From assembly GCF_044647545.1 (NCBI RefSeq), contig NZ_CP172818.1: DNA of 64,000 bases; one strand, given 5' to 3'. The notes under the pieces were generated by a model. It did no database searches, was not told the origin of the DNA, and worked only from the letters and a program-made list of their open reading frames with translations. Source of the stretch: Escherichia coli. GTDB lineage: Bacteria; Pseudomonadota; Gammaproteobacteria; Enterobacterales; Enterobacteriaceae. This document shows positions 1 to 9,451 of this stretch, in pieces. Positions within the stretch are counted from its first letter, which is position 1. Every line of letters begins with the position of its first letter. The translations under genes and the position numbers were made by a program.

Positions 1-1
1 C

Positions 2-208
2 TCATCGGCCTGTACTGACGCAGTGAATGCGCCGGAATGGCGGTATTACTGGCAGGTCAACATGCCAGCCGCCACCAACACCACCTGGATGACATGTGGC
101 GATCCCTGTGATTCCGCACTGCGTATCTGGGGCGACACCGTTGTCGAGTGCGTGCTTAACAAACTCTGCCCTTCGCATACCTACGTAATTTTTAAATATC
201 CGGAGTAA
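2..208 (+). CDS. C-terminal fragment of a phage tail/baseplate protein, truncated by window edge
   Basis: Open frame running from window start to TAA at 206-208, directly upstream of stfP; position matches the gene preceding stfP in e14; identity not recognised. Confidence 0.35.
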   Translation, partial: SSACTDAVNAPEWRYYWQVNMPAATNTTWMTCGDPCDSALRIWGDTVVECVLNKLCPSHTYVIFKYPE

Positions 209-211
209 TCC

Positions 212-841
212 ATGCATCGTATAGACACGAAAACCGCGCAGAAGGATAAGTTCGGCGCGGGTAAGAACGGTTTTACCCGTGGTAACCCCCAGACCGGCAC
301 ACCTGCCACCGATCTGGATGATGACTACTTTGACATGTTGCAGGAAGAACTTTGTAGCGTGGTGGAGGCCTCCGGTGCCAGCCTGGAGAAAGGGCGGCAT
401 GACCAGATGCTTACCGCACTTCGTGCGCTGCTGTTAAGCCGCAAGAATCCGTTTGGCGATATCAAATCGGATGGCACTGTGCAAACGGCTCTCGAAAACC
501 TTAGTTTAGGAGAAGGAGCAAAACTCAATGCAGCAACGGCTACATTAGGACGCACCGGTTTCATAGCTATACCGGTTATGATTGGTGGTATTGAGCAATC
601 AGTAATCATTCAGTGGGGGTGGAATGCCGCAAAAGCATCTGCCTCTGGGGGGGATGGAAATACAGTTGTATTCCCGGTTGCGTTTAATAATGCCTGTGTT
701 GCCGTTGTTGCAAATTATGACAATGTCAGCGCACCTATCAATGCAGTGGCAACGGGGGGATATACAACCACTTCGTTTTTATTACGGTGCGCAGCTCAAA
801 CGGGTAGTTATTACTATAACTGGATTGCTATTGGGTATTAA
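212..841 (+). CDS. stfP: Side tail fiber protein StfP (constant N-part fused to P-orientation variable part)
   Basis: 209-aa ORF; junction motif NLSLGEGAKL at the pix site; same length as K-12 StfP. Confidence 0.8.
   Translation: MHRIDTKTAQKDKFGAGKNGFTRGNPQTGTPATDLDDDYFDMLQEELCSVVEASGASLEKGRHDQMLTALRALLLSRKNPFGDIKSDGTVQTALENLSLGEGAKLNAATATLGRTGFIAIPVMIGGIEQSVIIQWGWNAAKASASGGDGNTVVFPVAFNNACVAVVANYDNVSAPINAVATGGYTTTSFLLRCAAQTGSYYYNWIAIGY
489..514 (+). other. pixL: Hin/Gin/Cin-type 26-bp inversion crossover site inside stfP
   Basis: ctctcgAAAACCttAGTTTaggagaa; AAACC-NN-GGTTT-like core; inverted relative to site at 2310-2335. Confidence 0.6.
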
Positions 842-842
842 G

Positions 843-1319
843 ATGAAAATATACTGTTGCTTAAATACCGTTGGTTTTTTTATGGATGGCTGTGGCGTCA
901 TTCCGCCAGATTCTAAAGAAATAACGGCAGAACACTGGCAGTCATTATTAAAATCTCAAGCTGAAGGAGGCGTGATCGATTTTTCTGTTTTTCCTCCTTC
1001 TATTAAAGAGGTTATCCGTACTCATGATGATGAAGTCGCAGATGCGAACTTTCAAAAGCAGATGCTTATCTCTGATGCAACTGATTTTATCAATAGCAGA
1101 CAGTGGCAGGGTAAGGCTGCATTGGGAAGACTTAAAGAAGATGAGCTGAAACAATCTGATTTGTGGGCTGGATTATCTGGACGCACTGGCGCTGGTCGAT
1201 ACCGCCAGTGCGCCGGATCTGAATGGCCTACGCCTCCGGCAGTTCAGGCCAGTAAATATCCGGTACAGTGCTGGTATCCGTTGCCATCACCGCGTCAATG
1301 TAATCCAGCACGGCGTTAA
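843..1319 (+). CDS. tfaP: Tail fiber assembly protein TfaP (start uncertain)
   Basis: ATG at 843 immediately after stfP stop; 3' end overlaps convergent tfaE; C-terminal region atypical so exact ends uncertain. Confidence 0.5.
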   Translation: MKIYCCLNTVGFFMDGCGVIPPDSKEITAEHWQSLLKSQAEGGVIDFSVFPPSIKEVIRTHDDEVADANFQKQMLISDATDFINSRQWQGKAALGRLKEDELKQSDLWAGLSGRTGAGRYRQCAGSEWPTPPAVQASKYPVQCWYPLPSPRQCNPARR

Positions 1320-1830
1320 GTCGGGTGTTTTCTGTCTGCGTCAGCTTCCTCCCGGCCTGCAATTTCAGTTGAATCAGACTAATTGAAGCCATTGCAGTAT
1401 CAATCAGTGACTGGCGCTGTGCTTCTGCCGCTTCTATTGCGGCACCGTATTGTGCCTCGGTATCGGTTACCCATTTCTCACCATCCCATTTATCGTATGG
1501 TGTTAACGGAGCGATAGTGGTCATATTTTCAGGGTAATCCCCTGGCGCTGTGATTTCTTTTGGTTCTCCCGTTTCGGTGCTATAAACAATTTCACCGCGA
1601 TGGTCTGGCACATATTTCCACGAGTTCAAATCCGTTGAGCGGCAAATTGCATAACCCGTTTTATGTGTACCAGGTGCATCTAAACAAGAACATGCCGGGA
1701 TACCGACACCGACAGCAAGATATTCGGTTGATGTTGAGATATATTCCTGTGTCCCATTATCATAGTTATAAACGGTAATATCCCCTGCCTTTACCGCGAT
1801 CAGCGCATCATTTAATACAGCTCCACCCAT
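1228..1830 (-). CDS. tfaE: Tail fiber assembly protein TfaE
   Basis: 200-aa ORF with typical Tfa C-terminal region (...VPDIYWPELPEA). Confidence 0.8.
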   Translation of the reverse strand: MGGAVLNDALIAVKAGDITVYNYDNGTQEYISTSTEYLAVGVGIPACSCLDAPGTHKTGYAICRSTDLNSWKYVPDHRGEIVYSTETGEPKEITAPGDYPENMTTIAPLTPYDKWDGEKWVTDTEAQYGAAIEAAEAQRQSLIDTAMASISLIQLKLQAGRKLTQTENTRLNAVLDYIDAVMATDTSTVPDIYWPELPEA

Positions 1831-2330
1831 TATGCAGCCCTCACGATATAATTAAATGAAATATTTCGTGGACGTGATTCGTTACCGAATTTATCTGAAC
1901 CATCAGTATTTCTCGCTGAATATGTTTGGAGGATTGTCCCTGATGATGGATTCGCATTATATTCATTTGTTCCTGCTGGATAGTATGACATTGCACTATT
2001 GTCATCTTTGAAAACAGCAGACATCAATCCATCACCACCACTTCCGTAAGCAGTTGTAAGAAATGACGGTGATCGAAAGAAAGACTATTTTGTGCCGAAA
2101 GTAAGGGAACGACCAGAATCTACCCCGCGCCCATCATCCCAGCCACGAATAAACTCACCACGTAAATCAGGCAATTTATTTGTCGGGTAAGCCTTCGCCA
2201 GTTTTGGATATTCAACGGCAGAAAAAGCCGCACCGTTGCATTTCAGCCAGCCAGTAGGCGGTGTGGCTGAAGGCCACGGAACAGGCACACCAACGGGTAA
2301 TGCCGAACCTTCTCCCAAACCAAGGTTTAT
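1830..2330 (-). pseudogene. stfE: Alternative tail-fiber variable segment StfE, interrupted by in-frame TAG at 2085-2087
   Basis: ORFs 2085..2390 and 1830..2027 are in the same frame, separated by a TAG; junction motif NLGLGEGSAL parallels StfP; an uninterrupted frame would give 166 aa. Confidence 0.6.
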
Positions 2331-2335
2331 GAAAA
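2310..2335 (+). other. pixR: Hin/Gin/Cin-type inversion crossover site just upstream of pin
   Basis: ttctcccAAACCaaGGTTTatgaaaa closely resembles hix/gix/cix consensus; reverse complement matches the 489-514 site core. Confidence 0.7.
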
Positions 2336-2392
2336 TGCGGAATAAGCGGCAAATGGCATCATTCCTGCTTTTGTCAGGGAGAGCTACCATGC

Positions 2393-2941
2393 TTATTGGC
2401 TATGTATGTGTGTCAACAAATGACCGAAACACAAATCTACAGCGTAATGCGCTGAACTGTGCAGGATGCGACTCATTTTTGAAGACAAGATAAGCGGTAC
2501 AAAGTCTGAAAGGCCGGGACTGAAAAAACTGCTCAGGACATTATCGGCAGGTGACACGCTGGTGGTCTGGAAACTGGACCGGCTGGGGCGTAGTATGCGG
2601 CATCTGGTCATTCTGGTTGAGGAGTTGCGCGAACGTGGCGTTAATTTTCGCAGCCTAACAGATGCTATTGATATCAGCACATTCGATGGGGCGTTTTTCT
2701 TTATGTGATGGGGGCCTTGGCTGAAATTGAGCGTGAACTGATTGTTGAACGAACAAAAGCTGGACTGGAAACTGCTCGTGCACAGGGACGAATTGGTGGA
2801 CGTCGTCCCAAACTTACACCAGAACAATGGGCACAAGCTGGACGATTAATTGCAGCAGGAACTCCTCGCCAGAAGGTGGCGATTATCTATGATGTTGGTG
2901 TGTCAACTTTGTATAAGAGGTTTCCTGCAGGGGATAAATAA
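2393..2941 (+). pseudogene. pin: Serine invertase Pin, disrupted by two frameshifts
   Basis: Three consecutive ORF pieces in three frames (MLIGYVCVSTNDR... stop at 2495-2497; ...RLIFEDKISGTKSERPGLKK... stop near 2706-2708; ...MGALAEIERELIVERTKAGL...GDK); together they cover a Gin/Hin-like invertase. Confidence 0.8.
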
Positions 2942-3047
2942 AGTTAAAGACACTTTGTGTACAAAAGAAAGTAAAACAACAGCAACTTGTTGCAATTTTA
3001 TCAATAAAAGTAGTATTGTCGTGAAAAATTGATTAAAGATTAATATT

Positions 3048-3881
3048 ATGCATGTTTTTGATAATAATGGAATTGAACTGAAAGCTGAGTGTTCGATAGG
3101 TGAAGAGGATGGTGTTTATGGTCTAATCCTTGAGTCGTGGGGGCCGGGTGACAGAAACAAAGATTACAATATCGCTCTTGATTATATCATTGAACGGTTG
3201 GTTGATTCTGGTGTATCCCAAGTCGTAGTATATCTGGCGTCATCATCAGTCAGAAAACATATGCATTCTTTGGATGAAAGAAAAATCCATCCTGGTGAAT
3301 ATTTTACTTTGATTGGTAATAGCCCCCGCGATATACGCTTGAAGATGTGTGGTTATCAGGCTTATTTTAGTCGTACGGGGAGAAAGGAAATTCCTTCCGG
3401 CAATAGAACGAAACGAATATTGATAAATGTTCCAGGTATTTATAGTGACAGTTTTTGGGCGTCTATAATACGTGGAGAACTATCAGAGCTTTCACAGCCT
3501 ACAGATGATGAATCGCTTCTGAATATGAGGGTTAGTAAATTAATTAAGAAAACGTTGAGTCAACCCGAGGGCTCCAGGAAACCAGTTGAGGTAGAAAGAC
3601 TACAAAAAGTTTATGTCCGAGACCCGATGGTAAAAGCTTGGATTTTACAGCAAAGTAAAGGTATATGTGAAAACTGTGGTAAAAATGCTCCGTTTTATTT
3701 AAATGATGGAAACCCATATTTGGAAGTACATCATGTAATTCCCCTGTCTTCAGGTGGTGCTGATACAACAGATAACTGTGTTGCCCTTTGTCCGAATTGC
3801 CATAGAGAATTGCACTATAGTAAAAATGCAAAAGAACTAATCGAGATGCTTTACGTTAATATAAACCGATTACAGAAATAA
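3048..3881 (+). CDS. mcrA: 5-methylcytosine-specific restriction endonuclease McrA (HNH)
   Basis: 277-aa ORF with C-terminal HNH motif (CENCG...HHVIPLSSGG...CPNCH). Confidence 0.9.
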   Translation: MHVFDNNGIELKAECSIGEEDGVYGLILESWGPGDRNKDYNIALDYIIERLVDSGVSQVVVYLASSSVRKHMHSLDERKIHPGEYFTLIGNSPRDIRLKMCGYQAYFSRTGRKEIPSGNRTKRILINVPGIYSDSFWASIIRGELSELSQPTDDESLLNMRVSKLIKKTLSQPEGSRKPVEVERLQKVYVRDPMVKAWILQQSKGICENCGKNAPFYLNDGNPYLEVHHVIPLSSGGADTTDNCVALCPNCHRELHYSKNAKELIEMLYVNINRLQK

Positions 3882-4125
3882 AATTATTTATTAAAGTCAC
3901 ATTTAAGACGTAATACCCTACAGGGTAAAAATTTTCTCTGATCTTAACTTCTGCAAATGTTAACTGCTATTTTTATGCTAAAAATGGTTATCAAAACTCA
4001 AAAACACATGTTTATAATCAATGAGTTATAGAAATGCTAAGGGCTAATGAGTTATATGCAAATTAGTAAAATTATGTTGCTATGTCAGATAGTTACGATT
4101 TAGTCATCTAACTAATGTACGCCAT

Positions 4126-4278
4126 ATGGGCTGGACTGAAGCCGCAGACTTGATTGTTAAAGGTATGGAAGGCGCAATCAACGCCAAGACTGTAACCTAT
4201 GACTTCGAACGTCTGATGGAAGGCGCTAAACTGCTGAAATGTTCAGAGTTTGGTGACGCGATCATCAAGAATATGTAA
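4126..4278 (+). pseudogene. icdC: icdC: displaced 3' fragment of isocitrate dehydrogenase at prophage attR
   Basis: Encodes [50 protein letters not shown], the Icd C-terminus, without an upstream body. Confidence 0.85.
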
Positions 4279-4301
4279 TTACTACATGTGTTAAATATTG
4301 T

Positions 4302-4334
4302 AACGGGCGTATAACACGCCCGTTGTTTTATTTA
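4302..4334 (+). terminator. Rho-independent terminator (icd 3' terminator)
   Basis: Hairpin aacgggcgt-ataac-acgcccgtt followed by gttttatttat. Confidence 0.6.
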
Positions 4335-4380
4335 TGTGGGTATTATTAATAGCACATTGAGCATATTTATATGAAGCCCA

Positions 4381-4704
4381 TTACTTGAGCCCATATGGGC
4401 ATATTTTTATAATGCAACTATTATGCAAACATTTATTTGTTATTTTGCTTTCTCCTGGAGGACACTCTTGACTGCTTTTGAGTAAACTCCATAAATCCTT
4501 GTTGAATGGTGCGATGTTATAAATAGTAATAGGATATTCTTTATCCTTAAGGATAATACCAGATTTAACCGGTGTAAATATCCTGCCAGGAGGAAGAAAT
4601 ATAGTGGATTGATACCAGATGATCATTTTCATATCACCCCATATGGCTGAAAAAGATATGCCGCATGTAGGTTGAATTACCGTGTCAATTACTATCCACT
4701 TCAT
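4381..4704 (-). CDS. iraM: Anti-adaptor protein IraM
   Basis: 107-aa [33 protein letters not shown]... recognised as IraM. Confidence 0.9.
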   Translation of the reverse strand: MKWIVIDTVIQPTCGISFSAIWGDMKMIIWYQSTIFLPPGRIFTPVKSGIILKDKEYPITIYNIAPFNKDLWSLLKSSQECPPGESKITNKCLHNSCIIKICPYGLK

Positions 4705-5148
4705 TTGTTATGTCTTATCCCACGGTGCTTAATATAGTTCATTTGGATGTTCATTTCTTGATTTTGCATATGTGTATATTACTCCCAAAAAAATAAATTA
4801 ATTAAAAATTAATGTCATTATCTATATAAAACAAAATTTAAAGCAAGGAATCTCAATAGAGATTAAACAAAATGAGATTTAGTGAAAACATTAAATTATT
4901 CACTTCGTTTTAGATTTGTTTAGCTAAAATGTTATACATTCAAATGACTGAATATTCTGTAATTAAAACATAGCCTTTATGCTACTTTGAGCCAATTTGC
5001 TAAACATTATGGTTGGCCTTTTAATATAACGATAATGATGAATATAAGCATGACCTGAGAATAAGGTTTCAATTTTTTAGTTATATAAAAATGGTTAAAC
5101 CCGTTCCTGACTAAAATACATATAATCGGATGATGACTAAACCAAAAC

Positions 5149-5200
5149 ACATGTGCGTTAAGTATTGAAACGGGCGTATGGCACGCCCGTTGGTTTTATA
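5149..5200 (+). repeat. Second copy of the icd-terminator-like hairpin module (direct repeat of 4283-4334)
   Basis: acatgtgcgttaagtattgaaacgggcgtatggcacgcccgttggttttat versus acatgtgttaaatattgtaacgggcgtataacacgcccgttgttttattt. Confidence 0.55.
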
Positions 5201-5406
5201 AATATGTTAACCGTTATAAAATAACGTATAGAAAGTCAAGTGATCACATTTCAAATATTAAGTTGATAGTATTGGCCTGGTGATTATTTATGGGTGGCAA
5301 TAAAAAGACAGTATTTATCATCCATAGGGATAGTCTCTGCACTTTTATTTCCATTATGCTAATGCCTTACTGAATTATGAAGCATTTCTTAAGCTTCCAA
5401 CTTTAG

Positions 5407-5811
5407 CTAGATTAATGGTTTATTGTTTTCTACATCTTCAATATATAAAAGCGTATTATCAATGGCGTAGTAACTGCGTTTGTTATGATTAACATCAGTA
5501 ACCCACCGGAAAACGCCCGCGTCTGCCAGTGTTGAACAGTATTCCCGAAATGTAGATTTTCCGCAAATATGAAGCAATGCGGCCTCTTTTATTTTAGCAG
5601 GGTTCTTGGTCGTACTAACTTTTAACAGGTTCCTGGTTCCTCTTAATAACAAAACCGTGTCATCGTGAGTAATAATTCTGATGTTATCCGTAGCTAGATA
5701 ATAAATGTAATGTGCAATACGGTGATGTTTTAATTCTGAATAAAACCAGGAGAAGTTTTGCTCTTTTCTCACTTGCTCAAACATCTTTTGAAAAACAACG
5801 ACCTGATCCAT
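5407..5811 (-). CDS. ycgX: Uncharacterized protein YcgX
   Basis: 134-aa ORF at the K-12 ycgX position. Confidence 0.8.
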   Translation of the reverse strand: MDQVVVFQKMFEQVRKEQNFSWFYSELKHHRIAHYIYYLATDNIRIITHDDTVLLLRGTRNLLKVSTTKNPAKIKEAALLHICGKSTFREYCSTLADAGVFRWVTDVNHNKRSYYAIDNTLLYIEDVENNKPLI

Positions 5812-6031
5812 CAGGATAATAACCTCTTGTTAGTTGTGAGACTGCGTAGTGTGCACGATCGGTTTTACCACTTCAATCTGGTCTGTCCTTTGGCTGTGAT
5901 ATGTACAAAGTGTGAAAGGGGGATTACCTGAATTCTCCCGGTGAGCATTTTGTAATGGACCAGCTCCGGTACAAACGCTGTTGTGGGTTCAGATTATAAC
6001 ATTCTGTCTAAGGGGCGGGATAAAGGTGAAA

Positions 6032-6763
6032 TTAGGGGGCATGGAAGATGACTTTATAACCTTGCTCACCCCAGTGTTGTAAAAGTTCGTTTTGCCTTCT
6101 CGTTGGTGCCATGCCTGTCCAGACAATTAATGTTTGCGTCGGGAACAGTTCCGGGCGCGGCGATTCAATGGGATCAGCAAGAACAGAAATGTGCCATCCT
6201 GACAATGATAAACGCCATGCTTCCAGCCACAATCGTGCTCTCTCTTCAACATTCCACGCCATCAGAATGGCTTCTTTACCGGGCTTACGGCGCATTTCGA
6301 AAAGCGAGGCTGCTGCGTATTCAATTAATGCGCCGTCAAACATACTGCTCATAATGCGGGAGGTGTTGTGATCAAGCACGAGACGCTGGCGAACAGGAAG
6401 GTAAACATGATTAATCAATTGATCTACTGGGTACTCTCGGCCCAGTGAAATAATTCTCGCGCGTAGTTTGGCAGGATTAGCCATACGAAGAATTGACATC
6501 ATCTCTTCTTGCAGGCGGCTCCAGTCATCTTCCGTATCCTGGCTGGTGGTTTCCAGTAATGCTTTAACTTTGCCTACAGGGACGCCATTACTTATCCAAC
6601 GCTTGATCTCTTCGATGCGTTGTATGTCTTCTTCATCAAAGAGTCGGTGTCCGCCTTCACTGCGCTGTGGTTTTAACAAACCGTAGCGGCGTTGCCAGGC
6701 CCGGAGAGTGACAGGATTAATCCCGCAACGTTCAGCAACATCACCAATGCTGTAATAAGCCAC
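6032..6763 (-). CDS. bluR: MerR-family repressor BluR
   Basis: 243-aa ORF with N-terminal MerR HTH ([30 protein letters not shown]...). Confidence 0.9.
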   Translation of the reverse strand: MAYYSIGDVAERCGINPVTLRAWQRRYGLLKPQRSEGGHRLFDEEDIQRIEEIKRWISNGVPVGKVKALLETTSQDTEDDWSRLQEEMMSILRMANPAKLRARIISLGREYPVDQLINHVYLPVRQRLVLDHNTSRIMSSMFDGALIEYAAASLFEMRRKPGKEAILMAWNVEERARLWLEAWRLSLSGWHISVLADPIESPRPELFPTQTLIVWTGMAPTRRQNELLQHWGEQGYKVIFHAP

Positions 6764-6967
6764 AATTCCTCCTTGCGGTCACAAATCTCCGTCGCCTGTA
6801 CACGACCCAATAATACTTTGTACAATATACGCTAAAATTGTACAAAGTATAAATAAGATTTCAGCTAAATTGAATGAAACATTATTTTTAATGTGGATTA
6901 AATTTAAACATAACGTATTCATTTTCACGATGATTTTCAGAAATCATACGAAATAATGTGCTGGAAA

Positions 6968-8179
6968 TTATTTTTTCTCCGGCCACGCAACTGAAGGGAT
7001 ACCATTCAATTTAGCTTTCGCAAACAGATCTCCCTGAAACATCTCAATTCCTGCAGATTCAAGCCACATCCACTCTTCTGGTGTTGTCACACCCATAGCA
7101 GAGACTTGAATTTCAAGTGATGTACAGCATTTTATGATCGCTTGAATAATTGCCTGCCGTGGCCCGCTTTTATGAACATTGGTAATCAATTCCTGACTGA
7201 TTTTAATTCTGTCAGGCTGGAAGCGTGACAGGAGTAACAAACCGGCAAAACCTGCGCCAAAATGATCAATTGCTACACTGATACCGGCAGCCTTAAGCGA
7301 TTTAATCGCTTCTGCAAACTCATCAAACCGAGATATGACTTCACTTTCAGTAAATTCAACGATGATTTGTTCAGGCACCAGAGCATTGGCCTTTATTTCA
7401 TCAAGTAAAAAAGAGACTGCGTCAGGTTCGTTAACCAGGGTCATAGGTAATAGATTGATTGAAATCATTTTATCACCGAGCTCAAGTGCGTGTGCCATCG
7501 CGAATGCAAGCGCCTTACTTTTGAGATCCGCTGTATAGATTTCCCCGTCTTTACGCTGCCCAACCGCTATAGCTGATGGGCTATCTTCATTTTTTTGCAC
7601 AATGGCTTCAAAAGCGATTATCCGCCGCGATAAGGGATCGACAATAGGATGAAAGGCAAAGTGGTCGTTTATAGTTGGTGAAAGGGTACAGGAATCAAGT
7701 TCTTTATCAGATCCGTCAGCGATAAAAAGCCAGGAGTCTTCGGCAGGGATCTCGAAATAGGTTGCTTGTTCGGTTGCAAGGACAAAAGTACGAAAAAATT
7801 GTAGCGCTCTGTCATCATAAGTTAGCTGAAATTTTGATGTGCCTTTGTCGAATACGGCCTGTAAAACGTCATCTCGCTCGTGCAGGCGCAAATCAAATAA
7901 TTCCATTCCCGCTTTGTCAAAACGGCGAGCAGGCGCGTAATCGCACATCAGCTCAACAATATTATAGTGCCGTGGATCCTGGCATATAGCCCGATATATC
8001 ATTTTAACCTGTTCTTCCGGACCTTCCAGAAGCTGGAAAAAATGAGAACCATTAAACAGTAAGATCCCTGTTACGTCAGACAGCATGTTCCTGCGATTTG
8101 CTATCGAAACCATTTCTTCGATTTTTTTGACAGGTTCGTCGTCACGTATATGGCTACGATAAATAAGGGTGGTAAGCAT
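6968..8179 (-). CDS. bluF: Blue-light sensor BluF (BLUF + degenerate EAL)
   Basis: 403 aa from ATG at 8179 (MLTTLIYRSHIRDDEP...); ORF-track start at 8257 is an upstream extension. Confidence 0.9.
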   Translation of the reverse strand: MLTTLIYRSHIRDDEPVKKIEEMVSIANRRNMLSDVTGILLFNGSHFFQLLEGPEEQVKMIYRAICQDPRHYNIVELMCDYAPARRFDKAGMELFDLRLHERDDVLQAVFDKGTSKFQLTYDDRALQFFRTFVLATEQATYFEIPAEDSWLFIADGSDKELDSCTLSPTINDHFAFHPIVDPLSRRIIAFEAIVQKNEDSPSAIAVGQRKDGEIYTADLKSKALAFAMAHALELGDKMISINLLPMTLVNEPDAVSFLLDEIKANALVPEQIIVEFTESEVISRFDEFAEAIKSLKAAGISVAIDHFGAGFAGLLLLSRFQPDRIKISQELITNVHKSGPRQAIIQAIIKCCTSLEIQVSAMGVTTPEEWMWLESAGIEMFQGDLFAKAKLNGIPSVAWPEKK

Positions 8180-8416
8180 TAACTGTCCAGGGTAATGGGA
8201 GAGGCGAGAGTAAGACGGTAACAGACATATCTTCCGGTGTCTTTCTTTTAATACCAAAACATAACTGTTTCTTTACATTGATAAAAAATGGAAAAAGTTG
8301 AAGATGAGTTGGCGAAAATTTTTGTATAGGTTGTTATTTAAATGATGCAATATTTTTTATCATAACCTGTTGTTTTGTATGTATTAGCACTAAATGCAAA
8401 AAATTAATTTATCATT

Positions 8417-8438
8417 TTGTACACATATTTCGTACAAG
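8417..8438. promoter_or_regulatory. Candidate MerR-type (BluR) operator in ycgZ promoter
   Basis: Imperfect inverted repeat ttGTACAcatatttcgTACAAg about 60 bp upstream of ycgZ ATG. Confidence 0.3.
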
Positions 8439-8492
8439 TTTGCTATTGTTACCTCACTTAACATTGATTAACATTTTTAACAGAGGCGTAGC

Positions 8493-8729
8493 ATGCATCA
8501 AAATTCAGTGACTTTAGATTCTGCGGGAGCAATCACTCGTTACTTTGCAAAAGCTAACTTGCCTACTCAGCAGGAAACTCTCGGAGAAATTGTGACTGAG
8601 ATTTTGAAAGATGGACGTAATCTGAGTCGAAAGTCGCTTTGTGCCAAACTTCTAGGTCGACTGGAACAAGCGACAGGGGAAGAGGAACAGAAACATTATA
8701 ATGCACTAATTGGGTTGCTTTTTGAATAA
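8493..8729 (+). CDS. ycgZ: YcgZ
   Basis: 78-aa ORF, first gene of ycgZ-ymgA-ariR-ymgC cluster. Confidence 0.85.
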   Translation: MHQNSVTLDSAGAITRYFAKANLPTQQETLGEIVTEILKDGRNLSRKSLCAKLLGRLEQATGEEEQKHYNALIGLLFE

Positions 8730-8771
8730 TGCAACAGCCTGATTATTTAACAGGTTAGCTATGAAGTCGTT

Positions 8772-9044
8772 ATGAAGACATCTGATAATGAAAGTACAAA
8801 ATATGAAATTACTGGCCAGGCGGTGCTCCAGATACTGCGCATGAAGATAAATTTTTCGTTGCAGACTCTTATTAAGCAATTACTCGTAATGAAATCTGTT
8901 GAGGAAAATGCTTTCCGACGAGATTTAATTGACAGCATAATTCGTGATTTTAGTAACAGTGATACAGGAGGGCCAAACAGAAGAACAGCGATAACTGACA
9001 ATAAAAGTATTTTCAATGGTAAGAAAATAAACAGAATACATTAA
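8772..9044 (+). CDS. ymgA: YmgA
   Basis: 90-aa ORF. Confidence 0.85.
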   Translation: MKTSDNESTKYEITGQAVLQILRMKINFSLQTLIKQLLVMKSVEENAFRRDLIDSIIRDFSNSDTGGPNRRTAITDNKSIFNGKKINRIH

Positions 9045-9072
9045 AATTTCATAAGTAAGATGAGAGGTTACT

Positions 9073-9339
9073 ATGCTTGAAGATACTACTATTCATAATG
9101 CAATAGCTGATAAAGCGTTATCAAGTTACTTTCGCAGTTCGGGTAATTTGTTAGAAGAAGAGTCAGCTGTGTTAGGGCAGGCTGTCACCAATTTAATGCT
9201 TTCAGGCGATAATGTTAATAATAAAAATATTATCTTAAGTCTGATACACTCCCTGGAAACAACAAATGATATCCTCAAAGCTGATGTGATCAGAAAAACA
9301 CTGGAAATCGTGTTGCGATACACAGCGGATGATATGTGA
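9073..9339 (+). CDS. ariR: AriR (YmgB), acid-resistance/biofilm regulator
   Basis: 88-aa [23 protein letters not shown]... Confidence 0.85.
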   Translation: MLEDTTIHNAIADKALSSYFRSSGNLLEEESAVLGQAVTNLMLSGDNVNNKNIILSLIHSLETTNDILKADVIRKTLEIVLRYTADDM

Positions 9340-9451
9340 CTTTTAATTATTAAGTATAAATTTATAGAAAACTCATTCATCTTATTTTTGTCTGTCGCTT
9401 TAGACTATACACAGCATAATTTTATTGGGTTAATATTTCTACGAGGCTGAC

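Larger units (their letters stand above)
1..4125. mobile_element. Right arm of e14-like cryptic prophage (partial, continues left of window): tail-fiber inversion module, pin, mcrA
   Basis: Tail fiber and tail-fiber-assembly ORFs, Hin/Gin-family invertase, McrA, followed by icd 3' duplicate (icdC) at 4126; right boundary approximate. Confidence 0.75.

Noticed and set aside
2-400. 132-aa minus-strand ORF at the window start
   Set aside because: Antisense to the phage tail gene and stfP, no domain features; typical shadow ORF.
624-1319. 231-aa ORF-track extent for tfaP
   Set aside because: The first 73 codons overlap stfP in another frame; the real gene most likely starts at ATG 843 right after the stfP stop.
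2393-2941. Treating pin as an intact invertase gene
   Set aside because: A single continuous frame does not exist in this sequence; it is therefore called as a pseudogene rather than a CDS, with the caveat that sequencing error is possible.
3544-3831. 95-aa minus-strand ORF
   Set aside because: Lies entirely inside mcrA on the opposite strand.
4705-5406. PhoP box upstream of iraM
   Set aside because: Found only loose TGTTTA-like half-sites with non-canonical spacing (around 4915-4935); not enough to call.
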